64,000 nucleotides of DNA. Source: Antedon mediterranea. Its lineage: Eukaryota > Animalia > Echinodermata. The stretch lies in assembly GCF_964355755.1 (NCBI RefSeq), contig NC_092679.1, forward strand, positions 24,597,432 through 24,661,431, in the 5' to 3' direction. Under the pieces are notes generated by a model that saw only the letters and a program-made list of their open reading frames with translations, did no database searches and had not been told where the DNA came from. Of the stretch, positions 12,901 to 30,289 are shown one piece after another. The position numbers were made by a program, and so were the translations under genes. Within the stretch, counting starts at the first letter, position 1. Every line of letters begins with the position of its first letter.

Positions 12901-15900
12901 CACATGTAAAAGAACAACATCCAGTTCAACGTTTTAAACCCAATGACAAACTTTCAAATTTTCTAGTAATAGGAAAAGAGGAGGGAGTTATTGAGACAAC
13001 TGTTCCAACAGGTTCAGCAACCTCTACTGCTACATCACTAAAAGTTACTGCTAAAAAGGAAGTTATAAATAAACCTGGAAAAATTCCTCCCCCTCCATCA
13101 CACCCTCCACCACTTCATGTGTTACAACAGCAACAAAAACAACCACAAAGTAAGAAGGGAGGGGGAATAACTAAATGGGATTTGCAGCAGATGATGAATG
13201 AAACAAAAATTGATTCCAATTCATCAGATTTATCTAAGATACAGGATGGTGAAATGAAAAGCAAAACAGAAAAAGATACTAGTGAACTAAAGAAAGAAGA
13301 TAAAAATAAAAAAGAAAAGGAAAAACCAAAAGACAAGGATAACAAGTCTGAAACAAAAGAAAAGGGAACTGATAATAAAAATGTAGACAATAAGAAAAAT
13401 TATAAAACTAAAGATGATAAAGGAAAGAATAAAGAAGTTTCAACAAAGGGAACATTAAAAGAGGAGTTGTCTCGTTTAGCTGCAAATAAAAAGGGTAATG
13501 GTGGGAAAAAAGATATGTTTGGCAGAGATATTAAAAGGTCACGCTCTAGGTCGCGTGAAAGAGACCGACAAAGCAGTAGAGATAAGGACAGACACAATAG
13601 CCGTGAAAAAATTACTGGCCGTGACAAATATCGTGATAGAAATCGAAATCGAAGCCGTGATAGAAGTCAAGAGAGAATTCGAAACCAAAACAATGAGAGA
13701 AATCAAAATAGAATGCGTGATCAAGATAGAAACAATAGTATGAGTAGGGACAGAAGTCGAGAGCGAGAATTTGGCAGAGATCGTAACAGAGATAATGATC
13801 GATACAAACAAAATGAACGCTTTGAAGATAAAACTAGAGACCGGTTCAGTCCTAATAGAGAAAAGATCATAATTGAGAAAGATACAAAATCTCAAGAAGA
13901 GTTGGGAGCAAATACTTATAATTTCAACCAAGTTCAGCCGACACAAAGGCCAGTTGACTACCAAACTCAGCCTGGAGGTCGTACAATGCCATCGGAAGAA
14001 CTTCCTCTTGCATACCAATCTCACCTTGGAGGCCGTGCGATGCCATCAGAAGAACGTCCTCTTGGATACCAAGCTCAGCTTGGAGGTCGTGCGAATCCAT
14101 CAGAAGAACGCCCTCTTGGATATCAAGCTCAGCTTGGAGGCCGAAGAACACCACCACCACCTTCTGGAAGACCACTCTATCCAATGGATGCATATCCTCC
14201 TGAAAGAAGATTGGAATATGAGGTAAGTATCAAATTGCGAGTCATTTCTTATTAGTAGATTGTTTTATATTTCCAAATAGAGAAATCCTTTATAATTGTA
14301 ACCAAAGATTGTAACAAATAACGTATTTGTAATTCCTGTAAATTGAAGTTTTTTAAATGGATATTTTGTTTTTAAGGATCGTTACAAAATTGATCGATAT
14401 AGAGAATTTGAACGTCCACCATATGACCCGTATAGTAGGCCACAAGACTGGTACCATGACCGAGTGGATGACAGAATGCGAGAACGTGCACCTGACAGGT
14501 ATAGATACATTTTTAGTTCTTATTTTATAAAAATTAAGTAACTAATGTAATTACTTCAGTTTTTTCCTAAAATAAAGTTAAGTTTTGGCTTATCTTGATT
14601 TGTATGTCCATACATGTACAATACAAGATGTCTCAATTATTATATACCTGTAACATGTATACATTCTGTTTCAGAAGAGAATGGGGATATGAACGAGGTT
14701 TACCCCCACCTCCATCAGATGATTACTACTTTAGACGTAAGTATTTTCATTTTGTTTCATTCTCTTAATCACATATATAAGTTTTTGTAAGTGGTAACAA
14801 ATAGTATACAAACAGCCACTGTCACACTTATCATAACTCATGAAGAGGGCCCCTTGATTGTCAGCATCTGCTGTATGGCGTTACCATGTATAAATAAGGT
14901 AAAATAAAAATTTTTGTTAAAGTTGTATTTATTAATGATTATCAGGTGGATTTGCACGTTCTCCATCACCTCCAGCAGTTAAGATTCAAACCATTGATTA
15001 TGGTCATGGCACCATTCAACCTGCTGTAGACTACTCATCTCCACACCAAAGGTATGCTACATTTATGTAAAAGTGTTAACAATTGCTTTCAGAATTCCTG
15101 TCAATAATAGTCAGGAAGTGAAATAAACTGCCCCAAGAAGCTATTGAAGCCACTAATGGTGATCAATTTAAAGAGATAGTGTCCAATTAATAAGCCACTT
15201 ACCAAAGCTTCTTTGTCAGACTTTCTTGTAGAATATTCAAGAGGACAACCACCAAGTACCAAGTAGATATTGAAGCCACTAATAGTGTATATTAAAAGAG
15301 ATAGTGTCCAATTAATAAGCCACTTCCTAAGACCTCTTTGTCAGACTTCCTTGTGGAGTATTCAAGTACCAAGAATAATCTAAACCTTTTGAATTATTTG
15401 TGAAAAAATATATTAATCATTAACAAATTTATTATTTTAGCGATCAACCTGTTGGTTATCAAAATGCATATGAACAACCACAAACAAATCCGTATTTGGT
15501 GCAAGGAGCAGGAGTTGCAGCACCAAAAAGAGAGTTAGTTAACATAACTGACATTTTGACACCATCTGGTGGACCGCGTACAAACCAGATTGTTATCATC
15601 CTTCGAGGGCCACCAGGAGCTGGCAAGACATTTATGGCTAAATTATTAAAAGAAAAAGAAATTCAAAATGGCGGTCAAGCTCCTAGAATGCTTTGCTTGG
15701 ATGATTATTTCATGATGGAAACTGAGAAAACTGAAACTGATTCCGAAACGGGTAAAATGATAAAGAAAAAGGTGAGAAATAAATAATAACTGAAGTGTTT
15801 TAAGATTTTTATTTTCGAGCTATTATCATAAATGATCCACTGCATACACATTAACTTTTTATATTTTCTTGTGGAGTCATGTACTACCTAACTACTGAAA

Positions 15901-18900
15901 AAAGTGTGACTAGTTTTTAATCTGTATTTGACCGTTGTAAGAGAGATTCATTATCATCATTTTTAATTTTTTTACATTTAACCAAATCCATCTCGGAATA
16001 TTATTATATATATTATACATGCCATTAGCATACAAATGTCAATCTTATATTGCAGGTCATGGAGTATGAATTTGAACCAGAAATGGAAGAAACATACCGT
16101 GCAAGTTTACTGAAATCGTTCAAAAAGACTATTGACAGCGGACTTTTTTCCTTCGTCATTTTGGATGCTATTAATAATAAGAGAGAGCATTATGATCAGT
16201 TTTGGTCTTATGGTCGATCAAAGGGATTTGAGGTAAAGTTATAATGACATGAATGGATTTTTAGATTTGTCGTCAAATTGAAATTTAGTTTGAGATTTTT
16301 GCCATTTAGTGGGAGTATTTACAATAAATATACTTTACCACAATGATTGTATTTTAAAGGTGTATATAGTGGAGGTATTACAGGATGTATCTATTTGCCA
16401 TAAAAGATGTGAGCATAATAGAAGTTTCAGGAGCATTGAATTGGTAAGTTCCTTACATTTTAAAATATTTGTTGTAATATCTCAATCAGGTAATGATATG
16501 GTGAGAAAAATTTGACTTATTGTGTATAACGTCACCGGTTTAGCAGTGGTTCTTTGGTTCTCATCTGAAGAATCTGGAACCAAACAGAATCTGTCTGTAA
16601 TTACTATGAAATATTTGATAACTTGTTTGATTCCTTTACCATCCATTACTCTTGTATTTAATATTCATTGTCTCTAATGCTAAAAAACCTATTTAACAGA
16701 TGATACAGAATTGGGAGGCAACCCCAAGTCATTATAAGATGGTTGATGTAAGAAGTCTTCTACAAGAAGCTGCCATTGATGATGTGGAAATGGAAGAATG
16801 TGATCCGACAGAGATGGCAGCAACCTCCAGTGAGGCACCTCCAGAAGGGCAGATGGTAATATACTTCAAACTAAAACTTTTTTTTCCAGGTCTTTATTTC
16901 AGATTTTCATAATACAGGTGTAGAAATGTTAATGTAATGTTTGATCATGTAGCAGTTAGTGTGTGTAATATAATCTATTTATTAATTTGTAATATACCTA
17001 ATTATTATGTTCTTTATGATTATTATATTTTTTGATTTAGTAGTAGATGGATTTAGTTGCAGTCTGTTGGAATGTTTAGATCCACCTTGTCTGATGCCCT
17101 CACTACCTGGGCACTGATACAGATCTTGGTCTAGACATCCCAAAGACTCAGCAACATGAGTTTTCTTGCTTGCTGCAATGCTCGCGAGTTTATTTGACAA
17201 ATGTTTGATGTTTTCGCCGTTCACCTTTTCACTCTCTGAGATACTTTTGTAGACGGACGCAACTAGAAGCCGCTGGGATGAATATACCATTGAAAAACTA
17301 GGTAAGTACAAACTTATATTGGTAATTTGTTTGCATAAGTCAAATAATTATTGACTTTTGCTTGCGTTTATGATTCAATTTTGCTTAGTATTCTCTAGTG
17401 TTTAAATGTACAAACAGTCGATTTTATTAGATCATGTTTTATAATGAATACAGAACTGATGCAGACATATTGCATGAACTTGTTTTCCCTACCAGATTAG
17501 TTTAAAAACATTTCCAATAGAACAACATTGATATAGAAAGTTATTGTCTAACTACACTACAGTATCTAGTATGGTAGAGTAGTGATATAAATGACTTTAT
17601 CAGGTTAACAGACATTTATCATTAGCAAACGTATTTAAAGGATCATTGGGTTTTATGTATTGTAAAACCCAAGAATTATACCAAGTTTAGGAAACTTTCA
17701 AGGAGACATTTTTAAAGTAGATAATATAAATAGAAGAATAACATTAATGTATTAATAACATTTTTTTTTAAACATTTAGCAACTGGTTTAATTGTTTTTT
17801 CTATTTACAATTATTATTATTATACTGAAGAGTTCTACATTCAGATGAGTTTCTTTTCCAGATTTTTTATCAAACAAAAGCGAGTTTTTCACTTGGCTTC
17901 TCTCACATGTAGACAGAGCTTTAAACATGTTTGAGTAGAAAAAGATAGGAAATTGTTGTTTGAGTATACTAGGTGCTGACAGATTATATATATTAATTTC
18001 TTTAAATTTAGAAACTTTTCTTTTTGTCGTATGATTTAATCTGGTGTAATTAAGTGTATGAATTGTAAAATGTATGTTTTCAATAAAGAACAATGTTTAT
18101 ATACTGTTGTATGATTTCTTCTTTCAAAACTAAATAGTAATACTAAACTAAATAGTAATACTAAACTAAATAGTAATACTAAACTAAATATTAATACTAA
18201 ACTAAATAGTAATACTAAACAAAATAGTAATAGTAAACTAAATAGTAATACTAAACTAAATAGTAATACTAAACTAAATAGTAATAGTAAACTAAATAGT
18301 AATAGTAAACTAAATAGTAATAGTAAACTAAATAGTAATACTAAACTAAATAGTAATACTAAAGGAAATAGTAATACTAAACTAAATAGTAATACTAAAG
18401 GAAATAGTAATACTAAACTAAATAGTAATACTAAACTAAATAGTAATACTAAACTAAATAGTAATACTAAACTAAATAGTAATACTAAAGGAAATAGTAA
18501 TACTAAACTAAATAGTAATACTAAACTAAATAGTAATACTAAAGGAAATAGTAATAGTAAACTAAATAGTAATACTAAACAAAATAGTAATACTAAACTA
18601 AATAGTAATACTAAACTAAATAGTAATACTAAATGAAATAGTAATACTAAATGAAATAGTAATACTAAACTAAATAGTAATACTAAACTAAATAGTAATA
18701 CTAAACTAAATAGTAATACTAAACTAAATAGTAATACTAAACTAAATAGTAATACTAAACTAAATAGTAATACTAAACTAAATAGTAATACTAAACTAAA
18801 TAGTAATACTAAATGAAATAGTAATACTAAACTAAATAGTAATACTAAACTAAATAGTAATACTAAACTAAATAGTAATACTAAACTAAATAGTAATACT

Positions 18901-20629
18901 AAATGAAATAGTAATACTAAATGAAATAGTAATACTAAACTAAATAGTAATACTAAACTAAATAGTAATACTAAACTAAATAGTAATACTAAATGAAATA
19001 GTAATACTAAATGAAATAGACTAAATAGTAACTGTAGAAAATTAAACATTTTTCAATCTTGCATGTGTAATTAAAAAATTTTATTTTATTATTTTAAATG
19101 GTGAAAACTACTGTTCCTTCCAAAACTTAAGTTGCCACCCATGAGTCAAATTAATAGAATTTCAAAATCTAATATCAGCCTTTGTTTTGTTGTAGCAAAA
19201 AAGAACTTAAATGCAACTACAATACTGTTAATTTTCATCAAATGTATTGCCAATATCTTTAAAAAAAACACTAAAATAAATCTGTTGGTATAAAGTTTGC
19301 AGTACACCACTTATGTATATTTCTGAAAAGAAATCTTGGAGTTTCCATCAATATATTTGGTCATCCTCAATTCTTTTCAGAAATATATATGTGGTGTACC
19401 GCAAACTTGATATCAACAGATTTATTTAGAAAATATTTTTAGATTCTAAAAGCAAATAATTTTAACTAATCAATCGAAAACAGTAGTCGTGTGAGACACT
19501 AGGCACATTTTGCTAGTAAAAATTCGCGTAACTTTTTTTTGCTACTGAAGAAGATGAATCTTCCATGAAAAGCTTGAGGATAAGAGGATATTTGTATTTC
19601 ATTTTACCTGTAAAAACATATTTTTAAAGATTTCTAAATAGGTTATGACATAAGATGTCTTTAGGTTTAGAAGTATGCTTTCTTGTTTAGCACCTTTGAC
19701 CATAGTGGTCTTTCAGTTAGATATTTTTTTAATACTTAATGTAATTGATGCCCATGCTTGGTTGCATATTATAGGTGTTTTGAATTGTGTATGATATTTT
19801 AAAAGTTAATCAAAGCATTTAAATAATTTAATAAAATATTTATAGACTTTTTGTAGCATTCATACATTTAATAATTCAATTACGCTTTATTGAAAACAAT
19901 ATTCTTCTTGGCAGAAGAAATTTTTCAGAAGAATAATTGTCTGATTAAACGTGCGTTACCTGCTTACGTTGATTTCTAAGCATTTCAGATCTGACGTAAT
20001 ACTCTAAACATTTTCTCTTTATTTTCTTTCTTTAAGATAAATTGGACGGTATTAGATCTTTCAAACGAAGACGATCCGAGAGTGAGATGCCGGCGCAAAG
20101 CTTAGAAGAGTACCTATCGGTTACCGAGGACTATGCCTACAGAAAATGTGAACCCGGCAAGAAGAGGGTTAGTTTTTGTTGTATATATTTAGGCAAATTG
20201 CCAAGGATATTCATAAGCGAATTCATTCACTATACTTCTTAAAGGTGGTAGTCTGAGGGTCCGAATCATCCATGCGCGTTATTGACAATAACATGCACTA
20301 AAGGTGCGATATACAAAGGTGTACCACAAACCTAACTTTACTATTATTTATTCGCCATACAAACTTAAACAATATATGATACTATGGCCTATATTATGGT
20401 CTATTATACTTATAGTGTGGTTGACAATGACAGAAGATGCGTTTCTGGTTAATGAGAATAGATAATTCATTTTGTTTTGTAGGTACGTTGGGCAGACATT
20501 GAGGAAAAGAAAGACCAAGACCTTAAAAGAGCAATGGGGTTTGTAGTAGGACAAACTCAACAGGATTGGCAGAAGATGACAGACGATAACTTTGCCCATA
20601 ATGCTCTCAACAGGACCAAGTATTTCTGA
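9982..20629 (+). CDS. YLPM1: YLP motif-containing protein 1 (ZAP3) orthologue: Gly/Pro/Met low-complexity N-terminus, RS/RD region, C-terminal P-loop kinase-like domain, PP1-binding RVxF motif
   Basis: Exons 9982-10686, 10833-10967, 11274-14222, 14377-14498, 14675-14736, 14946-15051, 15441-15771, 16056-16232, 16360-16443, 16700-16855, 17253-17301, 20037-20167, 20483-20629. Motifs IDYGHG, IILRGPPGAGKT, LCLDDYFM, MEYEFEPEMEETYR, KLDG, KKR|VRWAD, GFVVGQT, ALNRTKYF*. Alternative start possible: ATG 9870 spliced to an acceptor at 9993. Confidence 0.92.
15144..15372. repeat. Two diverged direct copies of a ~125-bp intronic segment
   Basis: ATTGAAGCCACTAAT...AAAGAGATAGTGTCCAATTAATAAGCCACTT...TTTGTCAGACT occurs twice. 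Confidence 0.75.
17056..17202 (+). ncRNA. Candidate intronic structured RNA (long hairpin; H/ACA-like or editing substrate)
   Basis: ~100-nt stem 17056-17155 with G-U pairs, ANANNA (ACATGA) at its base, short second hairpin, then ACA at 17197. Confidence 0.35.
18127..19032. repeat. 18-bp minisatellite (AAACTAAATAGTAATACT), ~50 copies, in a YLPM1 intron
   Basis: Tandem repeat read directly. Confidence 0.97.
19274..19427. mobile_element. Inverted pair of Penelope-like element termini with a degenerate hammerhead motif
   Basis: ~55-bp inverted arms (AAATCTGTTGGTATAAAGTTTGCAGTACACCAC...) homologous to 34225-34570; loop reads TTGAGGATGACC...GATGGAAAC on the minus strand. Confidence 0.45.
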
Positions 20630-20774
20630 GGTAAATAAGGGCAACGGCCACTGTGTACATAGATATGATAAAAGTTCATTATAACTATGACCAGGAAAGA
20701 TAGCAAAAAAAATGAATAAATGTAAAATATAGATCGCTTATCCATCTGCTCATACAATACTGTTGTAGAAACTT

Positions 20775-21132
20775 TTTTTATCTTGTTTTTTTGTATAAAT
20801 GTATTAATTCTTTATTTGACTGTAACTTAGTTAGTAACTTTTATCTTAGAGTCCCTAGTCGTCGTCTTAGAAGAAATAGTACTTTTCATATTCCTTTTAG
20901 TAGAGTAAATGTTTTAAAAAATGGTTTTATTAGTAGATTAAGTCAAACTTACAATTCTTTTACTTTAAGAAACCCTGAGTTAGATATTTTTAGTAATAAT
21001 TTCCGTAAGTTTCGTAACATTGTTAGTAGTTTAGTTTAATGTTTGTTATTGTATATGTTCGTGTTTGTCTGTGTTCCCTCCTGTAAGTGGTGAACCATGA
21101 GCTCACTGTTGGTTGGGAAATGAATAAATAAA
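20775..21132 (+). mobile_element. LINE (CR1/L2/Jockey-group) 3' end fragment
   Basis: ORF remnant LYKCINSLFDCNL...RVPSRRLRRNSTFHIPFSRVNVLKNGFISRL resembles ORF2 C-termini, followed by a UTR and an AATAAATAAA tail. Confidence 0.7.
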
Positions 21133-21227
21133 TATAATTTATTTTTACTTTTCTTAGATCATTTGGAAACTAGTAAACTATGGTAAACCACATGATGTGT
21201 CTACATGTGTTAAAATTTGATACAAAG

Positions 21228-21393
21228 GATCAGGTCAGAGTTCAACATGATTACTGTGGCGTTCAGCGTTATCCTTGTTGATCAGGTCAATGTTCAACAT
21301 GATTACTGTGGCGTTAAGCGTTATCCTTGTTGATCTGGTCAATGTTCAACATGATTACTGTGGCGTTAAGCGTTATCCTTGTTGATCTGGTCA
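21228..21393. repeat. ~51-bp tandem repeat, 3+ copies
   Basis: GATCWGGTCAATGTTCAACATGATTACTGTGGCGTTAAGCGTTATCCTTGTT repeated. Confidence 0.9.
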
Positions 21394-21819
21394 AAGTCTA
21401 ACAACTTTTCTAGATTTAAACATTAGATTAAATCATGTATGAACTAGTGTTTCTAGAAGATCTAAACAAGAAAAATAAATGTAAAAAGATTTAAATATAC
21501 AAAACTAAACTGTAAGTTGTATATCTATGTAAAACTTGTCCTGTTGTTAAATACACATTTTATAGTAAATGTGTGACCTTATATGTCAATGCAGTACAAT
21601 TATTGTATTTGGTGCGATTAACCTCCAAACTGTTCAAATGAATGCACAAGGAAGGTGATCAATTTCTAGTACTGAATTTTCTCAGAAGTTTCTAGTTGTA
21701 AATTTTCAACGTTAATCTTCAATGTGTTGTTTTTAAAGCCCATTATTTTGTTTAAATACACGCTTTGTATATTGTTGTATACATACATGTTTTCTTGATT
21801 ATCTAGCTGCCAAGAAAGT

Positions 21820-21907
21820 CCAAAAGCAGCCTAAGCCACTGTTGCTAATTAGGTGTGTACCTCCAAAGCAGCCTAAGCCACTGTTGCTAATTAGGTGTGT
21901 ACCTCCA
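21820..21907. repeat. ~42-bp tandem duplication
   Basis: AAAGCAGCCTAAGCCACTGTTGCTAATTAGGTGTGTACCTCC twice. Confidence 0.9.
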
Positions 21908-23395
21908 ACCAATGACTACTAAATAAGTAATATAAAAAATAGAAAAAATGATAAAATCTTAAAAATAGTGTGCAAAAGTATTACTGGCTTTAGTTAAACC
22001 ATGGGGATATAATAACTTATTTCTTCATGGTATGATAAAGATTATGTGTTTAATATTTGTTATAGTATCGTTTACATTATTTCTGCTTATATGAATTAAC
22101 CTCAAGCATGTATTGAATCTGTTTTTAACATAATTGTTGCATTGAAATAATTTGTCTTTGATTGCATATGTATAAAGCCTTTGTAACTTCAGTGACGATA
22201 TTAAAATAAATATCACCTTTTTAGTTTTAGCACATTGTACTGTAGTTTTTATTCATCTATTGTCTGCACAGTAATTTATTATTATTTACTTACAACATAC
22301 CAACATTTTTTTTCTGTATTTTTTTTCCCTATGCAAGCATCCACAGCGTAACTTGCCAATTACAGGATGGATAAATTATTTATTGTATTGTGCTGTATTC
22401 TCAGAGCAACACAATTTTCAATATGTTTTATGCAAATGATATAATAAATGGAATTGGGAAAATAAGTAATAAATTATGTGAAAATAAAACATGTTGGATT
22501 AAATAGTTTGCTCCAGTGGGTTACAAATGATGTCATATAATGCGAGAAAACAACACAGCACCATGTAGCTTATTGTGGGAAGTCCTACAAGTCAAAACCA
22601 TTGGATTTAATATTTACAATTGTTTACTGCTGAGTGTGAAATTGAATTGATTAAGTATGATAAGCCTCCTGATGACCAAGGCATTTATACTTGGCCTCGA
22701 TGGTGGTGACATAATGCCTCCCATATCGCAAACATGCCCATTCTAACAGATGCTTGATTTCCTGTATCATTCAATAACTCTTCCTGAATATATAAATTAC
22801 TTCTTTATAGTTGATACAACTTGGTTTCAAGTTTCAAACTTTATGTTCAATGTTGTCTCAAGGTATGTGCATTATTTGTTTATTTCTCAACACTATCAAA
22901 GTATTTTATTTTTATGTAGACCTACTTAATATTATCTCTAGTTTTATTAGTAAATACTGGTGAGCATTGGTGTTCTTGGGTAAGTTGGTGCTATACATAG
23001 AATGTCTAACAGTGCTGCCTTTGTTGGCCCCCAGTTTGGTATGTTGTTGTTGCAGTACATTACACATTAGTAGGAAAAAAACAAATTGAAAGTGTAGATC
23101 TATCAGCTTCGTACCCAATTTCTCCCATTTCTTCAGTAGGCCTAAACTTTGGCTGAGTTAGACATTTTGTTTTCTCAGATTTTACTCAATTCAAGCGTAC
23201 ATGTTTTCAAATTGTTTTTCTAGGCCTAGGCCTACTGCAATGAGATAATAACACAACACACTTGAAAATTAATATTTATTTATTTATCATTCAGTTTTTC
23301 ATTCTTTTACAGACTTATAAGTGACGGCATGACATCTTGAAGTGGGATTTATTTTTATTTTCTACGTACATTGTCATCATTGATATATTGTAGAA

Positions 23396-28570
<5,175 letters not shown>

Positions 28571-28638
28571 TGTACAATGTTCTTGTTAATTTGATTCAAG
28601 TAATGATAATCATTATCAACTTGCTACCTGCTGCATTA

Positions 28639-28933
28639 ATCGTGGTTCCCACTAAAACGCAGCGCAGCGACGTATCGACGCAAAGTGCTGTATTGCGTAA
28701 TCACAAGTGGGAACAGATGACGCAACAACAGTGCTGTAAACATCGCTACAGGAAATCAAATCAGTTTGATTTCACGAAATACGCGGGGTGAACCAGGTCA
28801 AAGTCTCGGCTAACACTAAACAAACTAACAAAAACAACAAGCAGGTTTGATTTCACGCAGGCGGGGGCAAACACAATTATTGGAATGGCATTTTCTTACG
28901 TTGCGTCGGTTGCGTTACAGTGGGAACCAAGCT
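28639..28933. mobile_element. MITE family B copy (long variant) just downstream of the HHIPL stop codon
   Basis: CGTGGTTCCCACTA / AGTGGGAACCAAGCT TIRs; interior homologous to 33243-33553. Confidence 0.75.
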
Positions 28934-29369
28934 TAAGTAGAAAACTGAACACAACTTGGCCACGTATTGGAAGTAGTGTATAGTCCATTTATAAACCACA
29001 TTTTACCTAATAATTCCTTCAATTTTGACAAATTCAGGTCTACAGGATCTGAAAATTTAAAATAACCATTGATTGTAGTAACAACATGCATTTACCACAC
29101 CGATACCTCGTATAAGTGAAAAAAAAGTGTTTTAATACAAAAAGGTATCTACTCGCTCACAGTGTTCTTATGGTATTGGAGAGGTAAGTATCAATAAACC
29201 TATTAACGTGGAAATGGTATCCTACACACACAACATTATATATTTTATTGATTGTAGATAATAAAATATAGATTTAAAATGATAGCAAAAACAAGGACTC
29301 TTTTTATAACCGTGCTAACTTCAACAATTTAAATATGTGAATGCATTTTTACACATGATAAAATTGCAT

Positions 29370-29573
29370 GAACAAATAAAATGAACACTTTTTGATGGCT
29401 GACCGTCTAATACATCATTGTATAACAAATAAAATGAACACTTTTTGATGGCTGACCGTCTAATACATCATTGTATAACAAATAAAATGAACACTTTTTG
29501 ATGGCTGACCGTCTAATACATCATTGTATAACAAATAAAATGAACACTTTTTGATGGCTGACCGTCTAATACA
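29370..29573. repeat. 53-bp tandem repeat, ~4 copies
   Basis: AACAAATAAAATGAACACTTTTTGATGGCTGACCGTCTAATACATCATTGTAT repeated. Confidence 0.93.
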
Positions 29574-29959
29574 TTATCAATGTAAAAACTACATAAACCG
29601 AATTATTGATTTGAGAATAGACACAGGACAATTTCTTTAGATGCGACTCTACAGTTTATTAACTTCTAATCAATATTGATTTGTTCTATTCAAGGTATTA
29701 TTGTAGTGGAACCGGATATTAGAGAAAGACACACAAGTTAATATATATAATAACGGCTTAATAACGATGTCTATAAAATTGAGTCAATCAATTTAAAATT
29801 CACAAAATTTCCAATACCAAACGCAATGTAAATCGAATCATTTGCCTATCGGCATAATTCATTTGACGTACCTAATACTTTAATGGACTGACGAACAAAC
29901 CCCTTCATAAATTAGAGAAAACTAGAAGTAACTAGTAAAATAATTGGTTATCAATCTTT

Positions 29960-30146
29960 ATTAAAACATCAGAAAGAAGCTGTTACCAAAAAAATGGAAA
30001 TTATTATTGCCGACAAAAACCATCCGCTTAATAAATAAATAATAGGAAGTTGAAGAATTCGTTTTCCTACGATGAAAACAAAACGATTACGAATATATGT
30101 TCTTCTATCTGCAATGAGGCTTTTTAATGTAAGCTTTGTCAGGTGA
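29960..30146 (+). mobile_element. Degenerate LINE (Rex1/L2-like) ORF2 3' fragment
   Basis: Translates to IIADKNHPLNK...RIRFPTMKTKRLR...SAMRLFN, resembling the HP...TRTxRLxNSFxPxAIRLLN tail of these clades. Confidence 0.5.
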
Positions 30147-30289
30147 ATGTATTTTTACCCGATTTAAATTTTCCATTTTACAATAATTTTCAATTTATTG
30201 TCACATAAAAATGAAAATTTGTTGCTTTTAGCCAATTTTCAAAACGTAAAATCGTACATTATATATAAAAATAAAATGTTAAACAAACG

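Noticed and set aside
18036-19049. 337-aa Leu-rich ORF (LVLLFS)n on the minus strand
   Set aside because: Translation of an 18-bp intronic minisatellite that happens to lack stops
22660-22710. CTGATGA followed by a CCAAG/CTTGG hairpin (hammerhead or box C candidate)
   Set aside because: No GAAA after the stem and no convincing D box or terminal stem
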